This document shows positions 1 to 9,895 of a DNA stretch of 64,000 nt, piece by piece. The first letter of the stretch is position 1, and each line of letters begins with the position of its first letter. Below the pieces are notes generated by a model. It was not told where the DNA came from, did not search any database, and saw nothing but the letters and a program-made list of their open reading frames with translations. Made by a program: the position numbers and the translations under genes. This DNA comes from a bacterium (GTDB lineage Bacteria; Zhuqueibacterota; Zhuqueibacteria; Oceanimicrobiales; Oceanimicrobiaceae). The stretch lies in assembly GCA_037446635.1 (NCBI GenBank), contig JBBIIG010000003.1, positions 55,302-119,301 on the forward strand, in the 5' to 3' direction.

Positions 1-1
1 T

Positions 2-298
2 TTTGACCGCATGGTGCACGGCATTCAAAACACCGCCAGAATATCCGGAGCGGCGTTTCCCAGCTCGCACGTGGCCGCGATGTGGATTTCCTGGTTCTTT
101 GTTTTTAAATTTCGCAAGTCTCTGGGCTGGGCGTTTGCGCCGCTGATTTTGTCGCTGAGTTTTTCCGTGGTTTATATGCAGTATCACTACGCCGTGGATG
201 CCATCGCCGGAGTTGCGCTGGCGTGCCTCACCTACCAGTTGGGCAGGAAGATTGAAGAGCAATTCAAACCATTTGCCGAGTTTAAACTACCGCAATAA
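2..298 (+). CDS. PAP2-family membrane phosphoesterase/phosphotransferase, C-terminal part (5' end outside window)
   Basis: AFPSSH and HYAVD motifs with hydrophobic helices; frame open from the window edge. Confidence 0.8.
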   Translation, partial: FDRMVHGIQNTARISGAAFPSSHVAAMWISWFFVFKFRKSLGWAFAPLILSLSFSVVYMQYHYAVDAIAGVALACLTYQLGRKIEEQFKPFAEFKLPQ

Positions 299-343
299 TT
301 TTCATCGTTCGAGCATGGCCGCGGTGCTAAACCGCATTGAGAA

Positions 344-1357
344 ATGAGTACGACGTCGTTCAGATATTTTTTGCTTTTGGGCTTTTTAGCTTGCGCCTTT
401 CAGCTTTCAGCGCAGACCACTTCGTCCGGCGGCCGGGGAATATTTCGAGTGTTTTCCGCCGAAACCGTTCAACGCGGGTCGATCTTCGTAAACTCGTTTT
501 ACCAGACGTTTCTGCAAGCAACCGACAGCCGCGGTTACGGCAACGACCACACCCTGCAATTAGGCCTGACGTACGGCCTCACCCACAATCTGGAGTTGAC
601 CGCAAAGCTCGTTCCCTATCAGGAGGATCAGGTTCACAGTTTCAGCGCCCCCGGCGACGCCGAATTGGGCGTCAAATGGCGGACGCCGATTTCGACGACC
701 TCGGTTGCGACCGGTCTGCGCGGCTTTGTTATTTTGCCCACGGCGCGCAGCCACAACGTGCCGTTCGAACCGTACTCCTCGGGAAAAATAAGCTGGGGCG
801 CCATGGCGATGATGACCCTGAGCCTCGATGGACGCTACCCCTTGAAAATTTACGCCAATCTCGGCTACCTCGATCACAACCTCACCACACTTTTCTCGGA
901 TGAGATCACCGACCAGCTTCTGCTGGGATTTGGTTTGAAAATCCCCATTCATCCATTTATTATGTACACCGAGTACAGCGGCGAAATCTTTTTTAATAAC
1001 CCGGCTGTGGATTTTAAGGATAATTCCATGCGCGTCACCTACGGCTTTAAGTTTCGCGGGCCGTTTCGCACCACGATGGATGTGGGAATGGACGTCGGTT
1101 TGAGCCGCAACCTCAATCCTCCGCCGCACCCGCTGATTCATGAATACGCCAATTGGAAAATCTTCGCGGGATTTTCCTATCAAATCAACACGGCGCGCGT
1201 TTACGGCAAGCCCCTGACGACGGCGGCGAAAGTAAACCCCAAAGAAGAAAGCAAAATTCTCGAAGAGATTAAAAAGAAGCGCGAGCAGGCCGACAAAGAA
1301 CTCGAAGAGATGAAAAAGAAGTTGGAAGAAGAGAAGAAAAAGCCGGAGAATAATTGA
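344..1357 (+). CDS. Probable outer-membrane beta-barrel protein with a C-terminal charged coiled coil
   Basis: Signal peptide, alternating amphipathic strands rich in Gly/aromatics ending FAGFSYQ, then a K/E-rich helix. Confidence 0.65.
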   Translation: MSTTSFRYFLLLGFLACAFQLSAQTTSSGGRGIFRVFSAETVQRGSIFVNSFYQTFLQATDSRGYGNDHTLQLGLTYGLTHNLELTAKLVPYQEDQVHSFSAPGDAELGVKWRTPISTTSVATGLRGFVILPTARSHNVPFEPYSSGKISWGAMAMMTLSLDGRYPLKIYANLGYLDHNLTTLFSDEITDQLLLGFGLKIPIHPFIMYTEYSGEIFFNNPAVDFKDNSMRVTYGFKFRGPFRTTMDVGMDVGLSRNLNPPPHPLIHEYANWKIFAGFSYQINTARVYGKPLTTAAKVNPKEESKILEEIKKKREQADKELEEMKKKLEEEKKKPENN

Positions 1358-1380
1358 AGGATCGACGAGGCCTCTTTGGC

Positions 1381-1443
1381 TGGAGTGTTGGAGTAGTGGA
1401 GTGCTGGATTAATGATCCATTGATCCATTGATCCATTGATCCA
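1381..1443. repeat. 8-bp tandem repeat element (GGAGTRNT / GATCCATT units); related copies at ~7302-7398, ~15744-15810, ~21258-21320
   Basis: Directly visible tandem octamers in inverted arrangement. Confidence 0.7.
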
Positions 1444-1484
1444 CAATCTGATAACTGAGATTTGACTATCTTCACAAAAGTTTT

Positions 1485-2821
1485 ATGCGAAATATCACAA
1501 TCTTAAAAATAACCCTCACGGCGCTGGCGCTGTTGGCCGCAGTGGAAGTGACGGCGCAAGAATCCGAAAAGGAGTTGGCCGAAAAGCAGCAGCGCGCGGC
1601 GGAAAAAATCTTGGACGAAGCGGCGAAACGTAATTACCGCGACGGCGCGCTGGATTTTCTAGCGTTGATCGATGCCTACCCCGATTTCGTGAAGTTTGAT
1701 CAAGCGGCTAACTTGCTGGCCGGCGCGCTTTACGAGCTGGAATATTTCGAGGCCGCGGATCAGGTGTACCGCCATTTGCTAAAGTCGGTTTTGAAAAGCC
1801 CGCTGGTTCCCGATGCCATTCTCGGTTTGCAAAAAATTTCTTATCACAAAGGCGAATACCAGCAAAGCTTAAAATTCTACACGGCGCTGGAATCGCACTA
1901 CGCTTCAAATTCCATTATCGACGAAGCCCGTTATTACGCCATTCAGGCGAATTACCAGCTTGGCAATCATACGTTTGTTTTCAACACCATTAAACACATT
2001 CGCCGCGGCAGCGAGGTTTATCCGTTTGCATTATACACGGCCGCGTTGAGCGATCTTAAAAAAAAAATGTTCGCCGCGCCATCGCCAGCTTTATCGAGGT
2101 CAGCAAAGCTTCCACCAAATCTCGCGAGCTGCGGGACGTGGTCAACTCAGCGCGTTTGACGCTGGGGTTCATCTACTTTGAGTTGTCCAGTTTCAAGACG
2201 GCCATCAAATATCTTGCGGAGATTTCGCTTGATTTTTTTGATTACCCCAAAGCCCTGCTGACCCTCGGCTGGGCCGCGTTCAAATTGCAGGATTACCAGC
2301 GCGCGATTTCGGCGCTAAGCAAACTGGTTGAAACCTATCCGCAATTTCAAGAGCTGGAAGAAGCGTATTTTGTTTTAGGACACTGTTATTTGCGCCTTGG
2401 CTATCACGATTTCGCGATTCGCGAGTATAACAAAATCATCGACGCCACGCCGGACGCTGAAGAATACGCCTCGTTGATGCAGCAAACGAAGGACAGTCTG
2501 GCGCAGAAGGAAAATGAATGGGCGGTGTTGAAAAAAGAGTTCGCTGAATGGCAAAACCGATTGGTTGCCGACCTCGGGGTTCAGCCCGCCAATGGGTTGA
2601 GCGACTCCACGCTGGCGGCGCGGTTCCAGAAAGCGCGGGCATTGCGCGAGGAGTTACTTAAGCAGGTGCAGGAGCACGAGAAAAAAGTGCAGCGGGTCTC
2701 CCACGCGATTGCGGAGCTGCGCGCCAAACTTGAAAAATCCGAGGTGCAGAAAAAGTGGCGCTCGTACGCCGAATACGGCCGCGTGCGCGCGCTTTATCTC
2801 AAAGGAATTGGGATTCGATAG
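1485..2821 (+). CDS. Secreted TPR protein (GltC-like), split by a frameshift in an A10 run at 2058-2067
   Basis: ORFs 1485-2159 and 2138-2821 are both TPR; one extra A joins them as ...LKKKNVRRAIASFIEVSKASTKSRELRDVVNSARLTLG... Confidence 0.75.
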
Positions 2822-2851
2822 ATGCAAGAAGATTTGAAAATGATCATTTCG

Positions 2852-2960
2852 CCCCCCCGCCGTTTCCCACTTGCCAAAGAGGGGCAGGGGGTTGTTTGCC
2901 GGGGTGAAAAATCTGGAACGCCCTCACTTAGTCCCGCCTTGAGGGGGGATTTATGGGGGT
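2852..2960. repeat. C-run/G-run palindromic intergenic element; related sequence at ~6428-6463 overlaps the end of the GltF-like gene
   Basis: CCCC/GGGG hairpin arms of a type recurring in this window. Confidence 0.45.
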
Positions 2961-2977
2961 ATGATTTCTCGCGGCGC

Positions 2978-5869
2978 TTGAAATTAACATTTACTTTTCC
3001 AACCACGCGGCGAATTTCGTTGCTGGCGGCCATTTGCACCGCTCTTTTGATCACAGCAGTGCCGATGCTGCGTGCGCAAACGCCTCCCGGCGAAGACATC
3101 AAAAAAATCCAAACTCTGACCGAGGCCATCACCGAAACCGAGGCGCTGCTGGCAAAATATCCCCAAAGCGAGTTCGTCCCCAATTTGATGTTTCAGCTGG
3201 TGGAGTTGTACGTGAAACGCGCGGATCTTCGGTTTCAACGTGAGATGCTTTTGTACGAAGTGGAAGAACAGAAATTTGAGCAGAAGCTGATTTCGAGCGA
3301 ACCCGTCCCGCCCAAAATAAGTTACCGCGACGCCCTCGACACCGCCTACAAATTGTTGGAGAAATTTCCCACCGCGCCGTTCCGCGAGAAGCTGCTCTAC
3401 CGCATCGCGCTGTGCAATCTTGAAGAAGGGAATCTGGAAAAGGCGGCGGAGTATCTGCAAATCCTCTCCACCGAAACTCACGACAAGCAGTTTTTGGAAG
3501 AATCCAATTTCCGCCTCGGCGAATTTTATTTCGACAAAAAGGAGTACCACCAAGCCGTCGAGTACTACAGCCGTTTGCTGGAAAGCTGGGACAGCCCGTT
3601 CTTCGGCATGGCGCTCTACAAATTGGGCTGGTCGTATTACAACACGGACAACTACACGCAGGCCATCAGCACGTTCATCTATTTGATCGAAGATATCCAT
3701 TTGCTGGAGCAGGCCGACACCGAATACTTGGGCAAAACCAAAACCGATCTGCGGCGCGAGGCCATCGAGTACGTGGCCATCTGTTTTGCGGAATATGGCG
3801 GCCCCCTGAAAGCGCGGGAATTTTTAAAAGACCGCAAAGATAAAGACTACACGGTCACGGTTTTGGAGCACATGGCCGAAATTTACAAGCAGCGCAATTT
3901 TTACGCCGACGCCATCGAAGCGCTGCACGTGCTGATTGAGTTTTACCCCAATAAACTGGACGCGCCAAAATACCACCAACAGATCGTGGAAAATTATGAG
4001 CTCGCCGGCGAGAAACCCCGCGCCGATGAAGAGCGCGTGAAATTCGCCAATCAATATGGACCCAAAAGCGCGTGGATGAAACAGGTGCCGCCCGGGCCCG
4101 CGCGCGACGAGATTCTCGCCGTGGTCGATGATTATTTGTACACCCTCGGCGCCGACGCCCAGGCCAAAGCCCGGGAAATGAAATCCGATTTGTACTACGG
4201 GTTAGCCATCAGCCGCTACCGCAATTACCTCGACACCTTTCCCAAGAATCCCCGCAGCGGCAAAGTGCAATTTTATCTCGCCGAGTGTTTTTATGAAATG
4301 GGAAAGTTAGCCGAAGCCGCCGAAGCCTATTTTGATCTGGCGCTGCACTACCCCGAGTCCGAATACCGCGAGCAAGCGGCCTACAACCGCGTGCTGGCGT
4401 ACAACCAGTTGCTGATGAACGACGGCGCGGTGGATTCCACGGCGTTTTTCCTTTTCAATTTTTTGGGGAAAAGCGGCACAAAAGTGGAAATTCTGCAGGC
4501 GCTAAATCCCACTCAGGCGCAGTTGCTGCAGGCCTGCAACGACTTTGTGGTTTATCACAACAGCAGCGCCCGGCTTCCAGAAATTCTGATGAAATACGCC
4601 GAGCTGCTCTTTGGCCTCGAAGAATATAGTTTGGCGCACGACGCCTATTTGAAAGTGATAAACCTTCCAGCAGCCAGCCGCTTTTTGCCGCTGGCTTACA
4701 CCATGGCCGGCCAGTGCGATTTTAAGCAAAATAAATTCAAAGAAGCGGAAGATTGGTTTTTGAAAGTGACGCGCGAATTTCCGGACTCCACGCGCCACGT
4801 GGAGCGGGCGAACAAGCTGATTGCCACCACGCGCTTCAAAGCGGCGGAGACGATGTTGGCCAACGGCGATAGCGCCCGCGCCGCCGCCGAATTTGAAATC
4901 GTGGCCACGGTGGTTTCCGATCCCGACGTGGCGGAACGGGCGCTGTGGGAATCCGCGCGCATGTATGAAATCAAAAACGACAAGTCCAAAGCCGTCGCGC
5001 TTTATGAGATGATCCCGAAGCGGTTTCCGGAATCTCAGCAACGGGACAAATCCTTTTTTAAAGCGGCGTTTTTGAGCGAGGAGTTGGGAGACTGGAAGCG
5101 CGCCGCGGAAAATTATCTGGCGTTGTATGAATCTGCGCCGGCTTCCGAGTTGGCTGCGAAAAGTTTGTTTTTTGCCGCCAGAAATCTTGAGAGTCTCAAC
5201 CAATTTGATCGCGCTCGCGGTTATTACGACGAGTACATTCGAAAATTTAGAGACGATGATCCCGATCGTTATTTAGAAGCGGCGTTTCGCAAAGGGGAAA
5301 TCGCTTTCAATCAAAAACAGTACGAAAGCGCCCGCCGGGAGCTGGAGGCCGTCATTCGCACGTATGAACAACTGGCGGCAAAAAACCTCGAAGCCGAGCG
5401 CTACGTGCCGGCCAACGCGCAGTTTTTAATTGGCGAAATCGTTCACCTTGAATTTCAAAAGATTCAGCTTGCGCCGCCGTTGGAGCGCAGTCTCAAACGC
5501 AAGCGCGCGAAATTCGAAGAGGTGATCAAAACTTACACCGCCGCGGCAAAGTATCAGGTGGCGGATTGGAGCACGGCGGCGTCGTACAAAATCGGTGTGA
5601 CGTTTGAGGATTTTGCGGATGCCCTGCTGGAGTCGCCGCGGCCGGCCAATTTGGCCGGCGCCGCTCTCGATCAGTACAATGAAAAATTGTGGCAGAGCGT
5701 GCTGCCGCTGAAAGAGAAGGCGCTCAGCACCTATCAAAACAACCTCAAACAGGCGGCGGAATACAACATCGAAAATCAGTGGATCACCGAGACGAGGAAA
5801 CGGGTGGAGGCGCTCATCTCGGAGTTGGGCTTGGACACCGCCGACGCCAGCCGCCCGCCGGGCTCATAA
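2978..5869 (+). CDS. Large secreted TPR protein, GltD/AgmU-like
   Basis: Many TPR repeats; C-terminal KRAKFEEVIKTYTAAAKYQVADWSTAASYKIG...P.P region resembles GltD; TTG start at 2978 gives a signal peptide (ORF track start 2822 runs through a repeat). Confidence 0.75.
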   Translation: MKLTFTFPTTRRISLLAAICTALLITAVPMLRAQTPPGEDIKKIQTLTEAITETEALLAKYPQSEFVPNLMFQLVELYVKRADLRFQREMLLYEVEEQKFEQKLISSEPVPPKISYRDALDTAYKLLEKFPTAPFREKLLYRIALCNLEEGNLEKAAEYLQILSTETHDKQFLEESNFRLGEFYFDKKEYHQAVEYYSRLLESWDSPFFGMALYKLGWSYYNTDNYTQAISTFIYLIEDIHLLEQADTEYLGKTKTDLRREAIEYVAICFAEYGGPLKAREFLKDRKDKDYTVTVLEHMAEIYKQRNFYADAIEALHVLIEFYPNKLDAPKYHQQIVENYELAGEKPRADEERVKFANQYGPKSAWMKQVPPGPARDEILAVVDDYLYTLGADAQAKAREMKSDLYYGLAISRYRNYLDTFPKNPRSGKVQFYLAECFYEMGKLAEAAEAYFDLALHYPESEYREQAAYNRVLAYNQLLMNDGAVDSTAFFLFNFLGKSGTKVEILQALNPTQAQLLQACNDFVVYHNSSARLPEILMKYAELLFGLEEYSLAHDAYLKVINLPAASRFLPLAYTMAGQCDFKQNKFKEAEDWFLKVTREFPDSTRHVERANKLIATTRFKAAETMLANGDSARAAAEFEIVATVVSDPDVAERALWESARMYEIKNDKSKAVALYEMIPKRFPESQQRDKSFFKAAFLSEELGDWKRAAENYLALYESAPASELAAKSLFFAARNLESLNQFDRARGYYDEYIRKFRDDDPDRYLEAAFRKGEIAFNQKQYESARRELEAVIRTYEQLAAKNLEAERYVPANAQFLIGEIVHLEFQKIQLAPPLERSLKRKRAKFEEVIKTYTAAAKYQVADWSTAASYKIGVTFEDFADALLESPRPANLAGAALDQYNEKLWQSVLPLKEKALSTYQNNLKQAAEYNIENQWITETRKRVEALISELGLDTADASRPPGS

Positions 5870-5880
5870 GCAAGGTACCC

Positions 5881-5908
5881 GTAGGGGCGATTCATGAATC
5901 GCCCCTAC
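5881..5908. repeat. GTAG-family REP-like palindrome; further copies at 52367-52394 and 61964-61990, degenerate ones at 56575-56601 and ~17883-17910
   Basis: Perfect 28-bp palindrome GTAGGGGCGATTCATGAATCGCCCCTAC. Confidence 0.85.
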
Positions 5909-5922
5909 AACCCTTCTGTGAT

Positions 5923-6062
5923 TGTCATTGCGAGCGACCCGTAGGGAGCGAAGCAATCTCCTAATGAGCAGGCGTGAGATTGCTTCGTCGTCCGCAACCT
6001 AATTTTAGAATTTCAGAATCCGTGTGGGCTTCTCGCCTGCCTGCTGCAGGCAGGCAATGACA
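5923..6062. repeat. Palindromic MITE-like element TGTCATTGCGAG...CTCG(insert)CAATGACA with a nested 19-bp palindrome at 6036-6054
   Basis: Terminal inverted repeats plus an inner GAAGCAATCTC/GAGATTGCTTC pair. Confidence 0.75.
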
Positions 6063-6103
6063 GTTATGCCGGATCTTTAAAATAGTCTTGAAAAAAAATC
6101 ACA

Positions 6104-6454
6104 ATGCAAATGGCAAAATTCAAAATAACCGCGTTGCTATTATTCTTGCTCTTTTTGGGAAGCACGGCGGCACTCAGTCAAGAAACTAAATCCGCGCCGC
6201 GCGACACCACCCGCGCCGAAGACGACGCCAATCTGGACAAAAAGAAATCCGACGTCAAAATCTTTTTGGACAAGATCGAAATCTTAGGCCGCATCGAACG
6301 GCCGCAGACGGTGTTCATTTTGCCGGGCAACGATCCCGCAGTGGACGACATCCACCTCGATCGTTCGTTCTTCAAAGAGATTTTTCGTTTCATCGACAAA
6401 GAGGAATATCGCAGACGAGCGCTCGTTCCTCCTCCTTACAAAGGAGGGGGGTAG
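6104..6454 (+). CDS. Small secreted protein, GltF-like
   Basis: Signal peptide, then LDKIEILGRIERPQTVFIL...SFFKEI, resembling the myxobacterial GltF-type motif (I.GRI.KP.A.YIL...SF...I); position in the cluster. Confidence 0.6.
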   Translation: MQMAKFKITALLLFLLFLGSTAALSQETKSAPRDTTRAEDDANLDKKKSDVKIFLDKIEILGRIERPQTVFILPGNDPAVDDIHLDRSFFKEIFRFIDKEEYRRRALVPPPYKGGG

Positions 6455-6610
6455 GGGGAGGTCGTGGAACAAGCCGAATGTCGAACAAGGAATGATGAAT
6501 TGCGAGTTGTCGATCCTTCGGCATTCGATATTAGGTGTTCGATATTCGTTATTATTAAATGCGTGACGCTGAAATAAAATAAAATCTAATCATGCAGGAG
6601 GTGTTTTAAC

Positions 6611-7234
6611 TTGGAGTACATCAATCAAGCGTTTCAAAGCGGGGGAGCGTTCATGTATGTGATTTTGGCGGCGCTGATTGTCGGCCTCGCCATTATCGTC
6701 GATCGCATCATCGTGGTAACGGTGAAAAACCGCATCGACACCACGCGGTTCGTCAACAAAATTATCGAACTGATCCAGCAGGGCAGCGTCTCCGCCGCCA
6801 TCGAGCTGTGCAACCTGTCGAAAGCCGCGCTGCCGCAGATCGCCCGCGCCGGCCTGCGCGAGTTCGGCAAAAGTCCGAAGGAAGTGCAAAATGCGTTCGA
6901 GCTGGCGGCGATGACCGAAATTCCCAAACTGGAGAAGCGCACTCACTATCTGGCGATGATCGCCAACGTGGCCACGCTGTTGGGACTGCTGGGCACGATC
7001 TTCGGTTTGATTCAATCGTTTCAGGCGGTGGCCGCGGCGGATTCCGCGTCAAAGGCGGAGCTGCTGTCCGGCGGCATTTCCGTGGCCATGTACACCACGG
7101 CGTTCGGGATCATCGCGGCGATTCCGTGCATGGTTTTTCATTCCTATTTGCAGTCGAAAACCAACACGCTCATCGACGAAATCAACGAGAACATTTCGCG
7201 CATTTACCAGCGCATCATCAAACCAAAAAATTGA
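6611..7234 (+). CDS. MotA/TolQ/ExbB proton channel (AglR-like)
   Basis: ATLLGLLGTIFGLI and GISVAMYTTAFGI motifs; TTG start after AGGAGG. Confidence 0.92.
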   Translation: MEYINQAFQSGGAFMYVILAALIVGLAIIVDRIIVVTVKNRIDTTRFVNKIIELIQQGSVSAAIELCNLSKAALPQIARAGLREFGKSPKEVQNAFELAAMTEIPKLEKRTHYLAMIANVATLLGLLGTIFGLIQSFQAVAAADSASKAELLSGGISVAMYTTAFGIIAAIPCMVFHSYLQSKTNTLIDEINENISRIYQRIIKPKN

Positions 7235-7472
7235 CTTGAATAATTCACAAATTTGTAGTCGCGGAAATTTCTATCACAATGAAAGTCTCAGTTTTTAATC
7301 GTGGAGTAATGGAGTTTGCCTGCCTGCTGCAGGCAGGGATTAATGGATCATTAAAACCGACAGCATTAATCCCACTAATCCAACAATCCATTAATCCTTC
7401 GCATTTAATCAATCTTAGCCGAGTGATGCCCTCATTCGCTAATAAATAGTTTATGATAGTTAAAGGTTAAAC

Positions 7473-7928
7473 ATGGATCTCAAAAAAGCGCTTGGAAAAG
7501 ATCGCGGTGACCATGAGAACGATCTCAACATCACCCCGGTGATGAACGTGTTTTTAATTTTGATTCCGTTCATGCTGCTCACCGCGGTGTTCGTGCAAAT
7601 TGCGGTGCAGGAATTTTCGCTGCCCAGCGCCGACACGCCGGCGAGCGATCCAGCGCAGCAGAAGAAAGCGGTGCTGACGATTCTCGCCATCAACGAGAAC
7701 GGCTTCGAGCTGAAAACGCCGGGCGCGAAATTTCCATTCATCATCAACCAAAATGAAAATTTTGATTTTCAAACGTTAGTGCAGCGGCTGCAGGAAGTGA
7801 AGCAACTGCATCAGGAAACCGAAGACATCATCATCGCGCCGCAGGCCGCCATCAAATACGAGACCATTATCAAAGTGATGGATCGCTGCCGCGAAAACGG
7901 CTTTCCGAATATTTCGATATCAGGATAA
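7473..7928 (+). CDS. ExbD/TolR-family protein (AglQ/S-like)
   Basis: LNITPVMNVFLILIPFML TM; IKYETIIKVMD motif; Asn at the usual TM Asp position. Confidence 0.88.
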   Translation: MDLKKALGKDRGDHENDLNITPVMNVFLILIPFMLLTAVFVQIAVQEFSLPSADTPASDPAQQKKAVLTILAINENGFELKTPGAKFPFIINQNENFDFQTLVQRLQEVKQLHQETEDIIIAPQAAIKYETIIKVMDRCRENGFPNISISG

Positions 7929-7933
7929 TTACG

Positions 7934-8458
7934 ATGTACTTTAATTTTGACAAAGACGACGATCAGGTCTTTTACGTGCGGCCGAAAAAACGGCGGCCGT
8001 ACACCAGCATCACGCTGCGCCTGACCTCGATGATCGACATGTTCACGATTCTGCTGTTTTTTCTTTTGCAGAGTTTTTCCGCCGAGGGCGAGCTGCTGAC
8101 GGTGTCGCGCGATTTGAAATTGCCGGAGTCCACCGCCAAAACGCCGCCGCGGCCCGCGCCGATTTTGGTGGTGACCAACGAGTGGATCATTCTCGACGGC
8201 GCGCCCATCGAAACGATAGAAACCGTGCGAACGCAGCCGCAGATCGCCATCGACAAGCTCAGCCAGCAGTTGCAGCAAATTCGCCAGTTCTCCGAAAATC
8301 TCGGCAAGTTGGATGCAAAAATGGGATTCAAAGGCGCCATCATCATTCAGGGCGATCGCGAGATTCCATTTGAAATTTTGAAAAAAATCATGTTCACCTG
8401 TGGGCAGGTGGGTTTCAACAATATGATGTTGGCGGTGAACCAGCAGGATAACGTTTGA
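7934..8458 (+). CDS. ExbD/TolR-family protein (AglQ/S-like)
   Basis: LTSMIDMFTILLFFLL TM with conserved Asp; IQGDREIPF.ILKKIM.T motif. Confidence 0.9.
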   Translation: MYFNFDKDDDQVFYVRPKKRRPYTSITLRLTSMIDMFTILLFFLLQSFSAEGELLTVSRDLKLPESTAKTPPRPAPILVVTNEWIILDGAPIETIETVRTQPQIAIDKLSQQLQQIRQFSENLGKLDAKMGFKGAIIIQGDREIPFEILKKIMFTCGQVGFNNMMLAVNQQDNV

Positions 8459-9798
8459 TGGCCAAACTCCGCAAACAACTTTTTTTGACCATTGAACAGG
8501 CCGGCAAAGTCACACAAGTTCGATTGAACCACGGCGACAACTTTACCATCGGCAAGGATCCGCACAACGATCTCACCATTTACGGCGACGAGTACCCGGC
8601 GCGGCTGACGTTGTTCGAAAAAAAGAACGACCACTACCAACTTCGCTACCAGAAATTTATGAACGGCGAAGTTGCGGCCGGCGAGTCGCGCTTGCAATTC
8701 AAAGACCTCGTGCGCCACAACCTTCTTCCCCGAAAAGATGAGAGTTACTTTTATCCGCTCACGCCGGATAAAAAGGGCTATCTTGTCGCCGGCGACGCGA
8801 AGATCACCTTTCAATTCGTCGGCGCGGACGCCGAGGATCCGCTGCTGGCGGAGCTGCGCCATTTCAAAGGCTACTCGTGGACCTACACCACTCTGAAAGG
8901 TCTGACGCGCGACTGGCAATTTAAGCTCATCCTGCTGGCGACGTTTGTTGTGCACGGATTTTTGCTGAACTACATGAGCCAATTTAAAATTGACCCAACG
9001 CAGAAATTGAAAACCGTCAACGTGCCGGAGCGCTTTGCAAAATTTATTGTGAAGAGTCAGGCCGAGCTGGCGCTGGAAAGCGGGCGCCGCGGTCTGGCCG
9101 GCGCCGCCAGTGAAGAGGAGGAAACAGGCGGTGAAGAAGCGGCGAAACGCAATCGCGACGATTTTGGCAGCCGGGAGACGCGGCCGGAAGCGCAGGGCGT
9201 GCTAGGTTTGTTGACGGGAATCGGCGGCAGCAATCAATCCAGCTCGTTGACGGATTTGCTGCTGGACAAGGGCTTGGTGAAAGAGTTGGACGCCGTGATG
9301 TCCAACGCCAATCTGCAAGTGGGGCGCAGCTCATCCAACGGCGGCGATATCGATCCCGATGTGCTGGTGGGAACGAATCCACTGGGCGGCGGCATCGATG
9401 ATATTTTGCAGGATGTGAATCAAGTGGAGTCGGTGGCGCTGGGGGAGAAGGGGCAAATTCAGCTCGATCAAATCGGCGGCATGCGCGGCACCGGCGGCGG
9501 GCTGGGCAAACGCTCCGAGGAGTCGGTGCGCGGGGTGATGCTTTCGTACACCGGACGGCTGACGTACATTTACAACAAATATTTGAGAAAGAATCCCGAG
9601 CTGCGCGGTAAAGTTGTGGTGGAGGTGACCATCGAAGCGGACGGTTCGGTGAGCCGCGCCCAGGTTACGTCTTCCGACGTTGGCAACCCGGAGTTTGAAC
9701 GGGAGATTTTGAATTTCGTCCGCAAGTGGAAATACCCGCCCATCGACGAGGGCACGGTGACGGTTTCGTATCCGCTGTTTTTTAATAAGGTGGGGTAA
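8458..9798 (+). CDS. GltG/AgmX-like protein: FHA-like N-terminus, single TM, low-complexity linker, TonB C-terminal domain
   Basis: FTIGKDPHNDL N-terminus; C-terminal YNKYLRKNPELRGKVVVEVTIEADGSV...WKYP...VSYPLFF. Confidence 0.82.
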   Translation: MAKLRKQLFLTIEQAGKVTQVRLNHGDNFTIGKDPHNDLTIYGDEYPARLTLFEKKNDHYQLRYQKFMNGEVAAGESRLQFKDLVRHNLLPRKDESYFYPLTPDKKGYLVAGDAKITFQFVGADAEDPLLAELRHFKGYSWTYTTLKGLTRDWQFKLILLATFVVHGFLLNYMSQFKIDPTQKLKTVNVPERFAKFIVKSQAELALESGRRGLAGAASEEEETGGEEAAKRNRDDFGSRETRPEAQGVLGLLTGIGGSNQSSSLTDLLLDKGLVKELDAVMSNANLQVGRSSSNGGDIDPDVLVGTNPLGGGIDDILQDVNQVESVALGEKGQIQLDQIGGMRGTGGGLGKRSEESVRGVMLSYTGRLTYIYNKYLRKNPELRGKVVVEVTIEADGSVSRAQVTSSDVGNPEFEREILNFVRKWKYPPIDEGTVTVSYPLFFNKVG

Positions 9799-9804
9799 AA
9801 TCTT

Positions 9805-9837
9805 AAGTGCCACGCACTTTTAAAGTGCGTGGCACTT
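9805..9837. repeat. Perfect 16-bp-arm palindrome between convergent genes (REP-like element or bidirectional terminator)
   Basis: AAGTGCCACGCACTTT-T-AAAGTGCGTGGCACTT. Confidence 0.75.
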
Positions 9838-9895
9838 CTGCGGTCAACTTCAGTCTTAAAAGATTCTCCTGAATGACACGCCGGCCGTTTCAGGG

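Noticed and set aside
2822..2977. N-terminal 52 aa of the 1015-aa ORF
   Set aside because: Translates an intergenic C/G-run repeat; a signal peptide appears only from the TTG at 2978
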